Origin: Rhizaria sp. SCN 62-66
Lineage: Eukaryota
Length of the DNA: 20,000 bases
Reading direction: 5' to 3'
Assembly (NCBI GenBank): GCA_001724265.1
Contig: MEDY01000223.1
Span: 47,964-67,963 of the forward strand
Under the pieces are notes generated by a model. It worked only from the letters and a program-made list of their open reading frames with translations, had not been told where the DNA came from and made no database searches. The position numbers and the translations under genes were made by a program. Position 1 is the first letter of the stretch; the number at the start of each line of letters is the position of its first letter. This document shows positions 13,206-20,000 of the stretch, in pieces.

Positions 13206-14834
13206 CGCTGATGCTGGTCGTGATGCTGACGACAACGACAGCGACGGCGACTTCGACAATGACACAGGCAGTGATGCTCCGGGTGATAACGACGCAGCCG
13301 CTGTTGTTCTGCTCGCCTCTGCGTTCGCTGCGACTGCCCCGGGGGCCAACCTAGCCACCGTCACTGCCGCCGCAGCCGCCGCAGCCGCCGCCCTCTCCAA
13401 CGCCAACGCCACCTCCAACGCCAATGCCAATGTCAATGTTAACGCGAACCTGATCACTGCTGGACTAGGTGTAGCTGGTGATGGTGGGTACTGCGGCATT
13501 CCGACCATCTTACCGCCGCTCAACGGCGCCGCTGCAGCCACGGGTACCCAGAACCCACAGCCCGCCCCCCTCACGGGTACACACACGGGTACCGGTGCCA
13601 GCGCGGCGGCGGCGGCGGCGGCGGGCGGCGGCGGTGGCGTGGGCGTGGGGCTCGGCCGGCGGCGGTGGCGCTCTGCGCTGCTGCTGGCGCTGGCATTGTG
13701 TCATGACGCGACCAAGCTCGCAGTGATGGTGCCGAACGCGACGGCCGCCGCGACTGCGCGCATCCTCAACCTCCACACGGGCACGGTGAGCGTCAGCGCG
13801 GTGGTGGCCGCAGTGGCGCAGCTGACCGCGGCGGCGCGGCACAGGGCGGCCTCGGCAGCGTGGCGGGGCGGGTTGACGCTTGCGCTGGCTGCGGCGGCGA
13901 CGGCAGCGCAACACATCAATGCGGGCATCTCGCAGCAAAAGATGGAGATGATGCTCGGCAATCTAAGTACCACTCCTGGAAGTAGAAGTACCGCCGCCGC
14001 TGCTGATTCTGCGAAAGTGAAGCCGCCGAGGTGGGTTCAGGGCGTGACGGCGCTGGTCCGTGACATCGCAGCTCTAAGTACTCCTTTAGACTTAGAAGAT
14101 AACAGCATTCTAAGTACTGCGCGCGTGCCAGTGCCGCTGCCGCCCTATAACGCCCCCCGTGCGTCGCGTTTCACCGGAGTTGAGCTCGAAAATGCATTTG
14201 CGGCCTTTTTCGCGAACTGCGGCGCGGCGACAGGCTTGAACGCAACTGCAACCATGACAGCAATCTCCAACAACACCAACAACGGGATGAGTACTGCTGG
14301 CGCCGCTAGTAGTCCTAGAAGCAATATCACCGAGTTATGCGACTTGACTGGCAGCACCAACACTCCGGCGACCGGCGTCTCTGGCTCTGTCTCTGGCTCA
14401 GCCTCAGCCACTAGCACGTCTGCGTCTGCGTCCGCTGGTCCGTTGATGTTGTCGCTGCTGCTCTGGGTGATTTCCCGCAGTGTGACGACGGCGCTTACGA
14501 CGGCACTGTATGAGACGATCACGACGACGAAAGCGCTTGAAAACTCACTCTTATCCCTCAACTCTTCTCGTAACCCGATCAACACGAACATCGCTAGCGC
14601 AGCGAGCTCTAGCTCTGGTGTAAGTAGCGGCTCTGCTGCTGCGGCTGCGGTGAGTGCGCGGCTTCACTTAAAGGAGAATAGGCGGCTTAACTTGGCGCAT
14701 TGGGCTGAAGGAGGGCTTGACGTCGTTTATGACACCAAAGTCGCCACTGCTGCCATGAGCTTTGCCAGCCATAGCCGTACGATTGCGCTTTCTCTTGCAA
14801 AGGCTCGCTCTGCCGTTGTATCACTGGAACAACA

Positions 14835-14877
<43 letters not shown>

Positions 14878-15573
14878 GTTGGCAGTGGCGGTGAACAGAA
14901 GCTGGAAGGGCTGGGCTTGGGTGGTGAGCTGTTGTCTCAGCTGACGAGTGAAAAGGACGTTACTACAAAGCCGTTCAGTCTGACTCGTCATAGTAGCACC
15001 GACCGCAGCAATAACGCCACCACTTCCGACGCAAGTGTTTTGTGGTCGTTACTGATTACTCCTGACCCTCCTCTGCTCCACAGCGTTTCCGCCAACACCA
15101 AGGCCGGATGGGTCGCTATTTGCGCTCACCCTCAGTACTTCGCCACAGGAGCTGCCACCGCCACCAGTCCCTCGCTCGGTGGCGGCGGCTTAACTTCAGC
15201 CGCGGGGCGCGAGACGCGGCTTGTGTACTGCGTGGCCACGACGGGCGCAGCGGGCAAGAAGAACAGTGTTGCCTTCCATGCTGACTCGGCTGTGACAAGC
15301 ACGAAGTTTGCCTCGGTCGCGACAGCGAACCCGGCTTTACTGTTCACGGTGCCTCTCGATAAGTTCTCACTTGTGTATAGCAACGATGCGGGCGCAAGCA
15401 ATGCCAACGCGAGCGCTGTAATGAACGCTGGTAGCAACAGCAGCGCTAGCCGCAATTGGTTCGACTTAGTCCCTCTTTCTGCTGCTGGTGATGATAACGA
15501 TGCTTCTGTAATGACTGTGGTTTGCCGTAGTAACACCGAAGCAAGTCAGTGGGTGCAGGCACTGTTGCGCTGA
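9958..15573 (+). CDS. COG2: Conserved oligomeric Golgi complex subunit 2-like protein, 1871 aa, single exon, many low-complexity inserts, PH-like C-terminus
   Basis: N-terminal FVFDSAAFFKPRFNEDAFI...LLSDLK...LLNTEYAAFIGLSQSLDG resembles the COG2 N-terminal pattern (F..DF..D.F / L..DL / LIN.DYADF..LS..L.G). Later blocks HGVWPEVL, QSWGVKLAF, PPRWV, ETITTTKALENSLLSL follow the order of COG2 blocks as I recall them. Identified by eye, not by search. Confidence 0.75.
11386..11448 (+). repeat. Coding (AAC)n/(AGC)n microsatellite (polyN/polyS)
   Basis: Trinucleotide runs encoding NSNNNSCSSSSSSSSSNNNNS. Confidence 0.9.
13156..13206 (+). repeat. Perfect (AAC)17 coding microsatellite (polyN)
   Basis: Direct read of the sequence. 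Confidence 0.95.
14830..14874 (+). repeat. (CAG/CAA)15 coding microsatellite (polyQ)
   Basis: Direct read of the sequence. Confidence 0.95.
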
Positions 15574-16116
15574 GTGCGACATAGTGCTACAGTAACACTT
15601 TTGCTGTGGGCTCTCGTCTCACAGCAAGGAAAGGCTCACAGTCACTCCATGCATTGTTCCCGAACGAACTTGACACTTACATTGCAACACTACATTGAGG
15701 GTGATATACTCACGTAATAACGCCCGCCGCTATCTATTTCTGTACATTTACACTTAATACATATCTTTTCTGTATTATTACTTTAAAACTACTCTTTTCA
15801 ACGGAGATATAGCGAGGATAAGTGTGCTGGCCACAATTGCATTCCGCGGCAGCGGGGCCGACCAACCGCGACGTCAATCAGTTCGGGAAGCGTTCCATTG
15901 TCGAAACCATATCAAACATTAAAACACGTGTTAATCTCCGACGGTAGTACTAAAACATGGTTAAATCGTGTTTTACTGATTGTATATTAATTATATTATT
16001 ATATGACAGCATGAAACCTGCATATATGCACTATATCCACCCATCTGACTTTCGTGTCATCTCCGCATCTTGCGCCCCTTTGCATACCGTCCTTCCTACC
16101 CCCAGAGTTCTTTTCC

Positions 16117-18001
16117 ATGTCCGCCTCCGCTGTTGCGAAGCCGACCCTGACGACCCCGATTACTGTGGGCCGCCTCTCGCTGACGCACCGCGTCGTTCTG
16201 CCCCCGCTCACGCGTGTGCGCTCTGACCCGGCGACGCTGGCTCCCAACGCCATGATGGCCGAGCACTACAAGCAGCGCGCCACCAAGGGCGGCCTGCTCA
16301 TCTCCGAGGTACGCAGGCACTCTCAAATCAAAACATAATCAACTCTTATATAATATATATCTTTGTTTTATTTGATATAAGTGTATCTATGCCGTAATAT
16401 CTTCACTTTTGTGTCGCAGCAAGCGCTTTTCGTTATTCTCCGAGCTTCCCTTCCGCCCCTCTCTCACACTCTCCATCCTCACTCTTTCCCTCTGCTTTTA
16501 CTTTGCGCTCGTCTCTCAGGCGACATACATTTCCCCCGAGACCATCGGCACCAACTTCGCGCCCGGAATCTGGTCCCCCGAACAAATCGCCGGCTGGAAG
16601 CTCGTGACCGATGCAGTCCACTCGAAGGGCGGCTACATCTACTGCCAGCTGTGGCACATCGGCCGCATCGCGCACGCGTCTTTCAACGAGCACCACCTCG
16701 TCAAGGGCTCCGGCTACCAGGTCAACCGCTCTGCGTCGGATATCCCGCAGGAGGGCGAGACCAATACCACCCTCGACGGCTCGATGCAGCCTCATGTGAA
16801 GCCGGTGCCTTTCACTATCGAGGACATCGCCCGCCTCCGCAAGGACTATGTCCACGCCGTACGTTCCTCAAAACCTCAAGCAAAAATGAGAAACATTACT
16901 TGAATAAGACAGTCGGGTTTTTGCAGTCGTTTGTCGCAGCGCTTGCTAACTTGTTTTTCTTCCTCTTTTTTTTCTTCTTTTTTTGTGCACGTGTCACAAT
17001 TCCAACCGTCTCATTATGATATTTGCTTGTTCTATATATACGTTATCCAGGCCAAGAACGCAATCGAGGCCGGTTTCGACGGCGTTGAGCTGCACGGCGC
17101 GCACGGCTACCTTATCGACCAGTTCCTCAACTCGGGCACCAACATCCGCACCGACGCGTACGGCGGCTCGGCTCTCAACCGATGCCGTCTCCTCAACGAG
17201 GTGCTCGGCGACCTCTGCGCGGCCGTGGGCAACGACCGCGTTGCGCTGCGTCTGTCCCCGCACGTCAACAAGCCGCCGATGTTCTTCGGCATTACCTGCA
17301 AGAACGCTGTGGCGACTTATAAGACTGCCTTCGCGACGGCGGCGACGCACAAGCTGGCGTATCTGCTTGTGACTGAGTCTCGCTGGATCCCTAGCGCCAG
17401 TGACAGCGACAACAACGCGCTCATGCAGCAGCCCTGCGCGGCCTCGCTCATCTTCAAGTCCGCCTACGCTAAGGACGCGACCCCGGAGAGCGTGGAAGTC
17501 GAGTCCGACGACGAGGCCATCTCTAAGGCGACCGCCGAGAACGCCGCCGCCACGGCCGCCGCCATGGCCGGGCTCGAGCTGGCCGGCCCCGTCATCGGCG
17601 CGGGCGGCTTTACGCCCGTCTCCGCCGCCGCCGCCGTGAACGACCGCGTGTATGATCTCATCGGTGTCGGCCGTTACTTTATCAGCAACCCCGACCTGCC
17701 GTATCGCATCACCAAGGGGCTTCCGCTTAACACATACGTGCGTGAGAAGTTCTACGGGCAGACCGCCGACGGGTACACCGATTACCCGACGTTCGCCGAG
17801 GTGTGCGCTGAACTGGGCGTGTCCGAGGCCGATTACCTGCCCCAGGCTGAGGGTGAGGCTGCTGAGACTGAGGAGGCCAAGGCTGAGCGGCTGGCCAAGA
17901 TCGAGGCTTTGGTGGAGTTGAGTAAGACCAAAGGGGTTAAGTACCCGCTTATCTCGGCGCAGAGCATCGGTGTTAGCACGTCTTCGGCCACCCGCAAGTA
18001 A
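16117..18001 (+). CDS. Old Yellow Enzyme family FMN-dependent NAD(P)H ene-reductase (NemA/OPR-like, classical type); exons 16117..16308, 16520..16858, 17051..18001 (493 aa)
   Basis: Motifs [102 protein letters not shown]...GYTDYP. Phase-0 introns 16309..16519 and 16859..17050. Confidence 0.95.
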
Positions 18002-19007
18002 GTAGCTGTGAAGGGTATATTTAGGGTAAGCTCATCTAGAATGTTGATCAAATTCCAAGGTTTTTCCCTGAATAACTGGCTTTTCAAGCCTCAAAACGCC
18101 AATTTCTCGTCCTGTTTTAAGACTTTTTAGATTTCAAGCTTTTTACCCTCGAAAATAGGGGATTTTCAAACCATTTATCGAGATTTATTTGGGACGTCGT
18201 GTGTGTTTGGTACTCTTAGGACAGACAGTTGGATCCAAACACATGCCAGATATCTTTGAAAGTGGGTTCGCGAATCTTTTTATAGATAAACTATGTAAAT
18301 GAACCTTGATGAATTTTTCATATCAATCGCTCCGCTTCGAACGATTCTGTAATATTTTACCGTAAACAACATTCATACAGAGCTTAGGAACATGATAGAA
18401 TTGAATATGATATTGACTATCGCGTGCTGCAGTTTGTTCTCAGACGTGGTACTATCTTAAAGAAGATTCATGAAGTCACATAGTTTTCTCAGAAACCGTT
18501 CATGAAATCTTATGTTGACGAGAGAATGGATAATCTTCGTAACGTAAACAACTTAAAGTAGCTGACCACATGATGAAAATCATTTTAAGCTTACAATCGG
18601 AGTTAAATTTATCTTTACCAAGCTGCTTGATCTGTGTTGGTGAGAGCTCCATGATATCAATAATAATTATTATTATTATCATTAGAATCATAATCATAAT
18701 TCTAAGCAAGTAGAGGGTTAGAACAGAAATCCACAAGGCAGAGAGAGACTTGAAGAAACAACAAGGCAAGCAATCTAAGTGATAGGAAGTCTACGAATAA
18801 TCGTTGAAACTGTCAATAAGATGCAGGATTGGTTGACGTATGTCCCTAGTTTGGTTTCTTTGCTGCTCACGGTCACTCAGCACTTGGAGGCACAGTCTCT
18901 CTGTCTTCAGTAAATTCAAACTGCGCGCAAATAATCACAAAACAACACTACATAGGGTTAACCCAAAAGAGGTTCTGTTACAGCCGACATTCTGCATAAA
19001 ATCTCCT

Positions 19008-20000
19008 TCACACAACAATTTCCGGCCGCGCAATGTCCGAATATATTCGGTAGTGACTGTGTTGGCTCTGCGCTCTGCAGCCTGCAGCGCGTAGCAGCAG
19101 CTCGTGCATCAGCACGCGGCAGCTGGCGTCGCGAGCGGTCTGATCGCGCAGCAGCTCAGCTACACGCGCGCGCCGGCGGCCGCCAGCAGCTCGTCGCGCG
19201 CGCGCAGCCGCGCCTCCTGCTCTTGCATCTGCGCCTGGTGCCGCACCTCCTGCTCCTGCAGACGCGCATCCTTCTCCTGAAGCTGCGCCTCTTGCTCCCG
19301 GAGCCGCGCCGCGTTGGCCAGAACCTGAGCGTCCTGCACGCGCAGCTGCTCGGCACGCCAAGCAGCTGCGAAGTATGTCAAGCGCTCGCTCGAGGCGCGC
19401 AGGTGGCCCTTGCTACGCATGAGCAGCGCGTCGCGTTGTTGAAGCTGCTCCGAAAAGCGCCACCAGCTCCGCCCACAACCGCTGCAGCTCAGCCGCTGTC
19501 GCCGCGTCAGGCAGCGCCGAGGCGCTCTGAGCCCCCGCGCTATGCGTCGATACGCTCGGTGTCGCGCTGTGGGCAGCTGCAGTCGCAGGGAACGATGATG
19601 TAGCGGCGTCATGACAACCTACGCCACCATTGCCATAGCCGTCACTGTTACCATGGTCGTTACCGGCCTCACCGGTGACGTCGGAGAAGTCAGCGAAGGC
19701 GGACGCCTGTATTAGCGAGTTGCCACTGCACTCGCGGTCGTTGTCAGTCTTGACGCGGTCGAGCCAGCGCGAGACCGCACGTTCGGGCCAGAAACACAGC
19801 GTTGCGCGCACAAAATCGCCGAGCACGCGCCGCAGCAGCAGCCCGCAGCCCTTGATGCCGCGGAACGCCAGCCGCGGATCCGTGAGGTTGTAGACCGGTT
19901 TTATCGGCTCCAACAGCGCCCGGAGCTGCGCCGGCAGCGGCTGCGAGCCACCGCGGGCGTGCGGCAAGAGCGCGCCGAGCGTGGACGTGAGCGGCGCAAG
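19008..20000 (-). pseudogene. 5'-truncated minus-strand gene for an unknown protein with a C-terminal Gln/Glu coiled coil, interrupted by two apparent frameshifts (pseudogene or sequence error)
   Basis: GC-rich frame open from 20000 (LAPLTSTLGALLPH...AELQRLWAELVAL). Coding-like text continues in a second frame (SEQLQQRDALL...EQEAQLQEKDARLQEQE..ELLAAAGAR) and a third (VAELLRDQTARD..). Shifts at the A4 run 19453-19456 and a dinucleotide repeat at 19161-19165. Confidence 0.55.

Noticed and set aside
268-15536. Many long antisense and alternate-frame ORFs overlapping the genes
   Set aside because: Shadow ORFs expected from GC-rich, codon-biased, low-complexity coding sequence; translations are mirror homopolymers with no family motifs.
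17125-17140. Bacterial origin or contamination for the NemA-like gene region; unusual His/His catalytic pair
   Set aside because: The gene has host-type introns and codon usage; HxxH is normal in NemA/PETNR/OPR enzymes. Ancient transfer cannot be judged without a phylogeny.
4401-18001. Stop-codon reassignment
   Set aside because: ALG14 and ARP2 end at TAA at the expected positions and no conserved exon contains an in-frame stop.
17998-18003. GTAAGT overlapping the OYE stop codon as an intron donor
   Set aside because: It does not match the local GTACG-type donors and no GC-rich downstream exon is visible.
18002-19007. Mobile element, RNA gene or real ORFs (18500..18769, 18840..19094) in the AT-rich spacer
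   Set aside because: No terminal repeats, transposase/RT motifs or tRNA-like structure recognised; the ORFs are low-complexity and lack codon bias.

Overview
Eukaryotic (protist-like) genomic DNA with GC-rich exons, AT/pyrimidine-rich GT-AG introns of 139-244 nt and the standard genetic code; the organism cannot be identified from the sequence. Five co-oriented + strand genes: a 5'-truncated, very long Ala-rich coiled-coil protein (2 exons in window), ALG14 (3 exons), ARP2 (5 exons), an intronless 1871-aa COG2-like protein inflated by low-complexity inserts with a PH-like C-terminus, and an Old Yellow Enzyme (3 exons). A convergent minus-strand coiled-coil gene with two apparent frameshifts runs off the 3' end. 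The most unusual signals are at DNA level: (1) two short motifs (CGGCTTNACTT and TAAGTAC) recur on both strands and in several reading registers inside long exons; (2) 8 of 9 coding introns are phase 0, five follow a CAG codon, and donors favour GTACG; (3) all four complete genes have a pyrimidine tract plus CAG|A 4-16 nt before the ATG, suggesting 5'UTR introns or spliced-leader trans-splicing.
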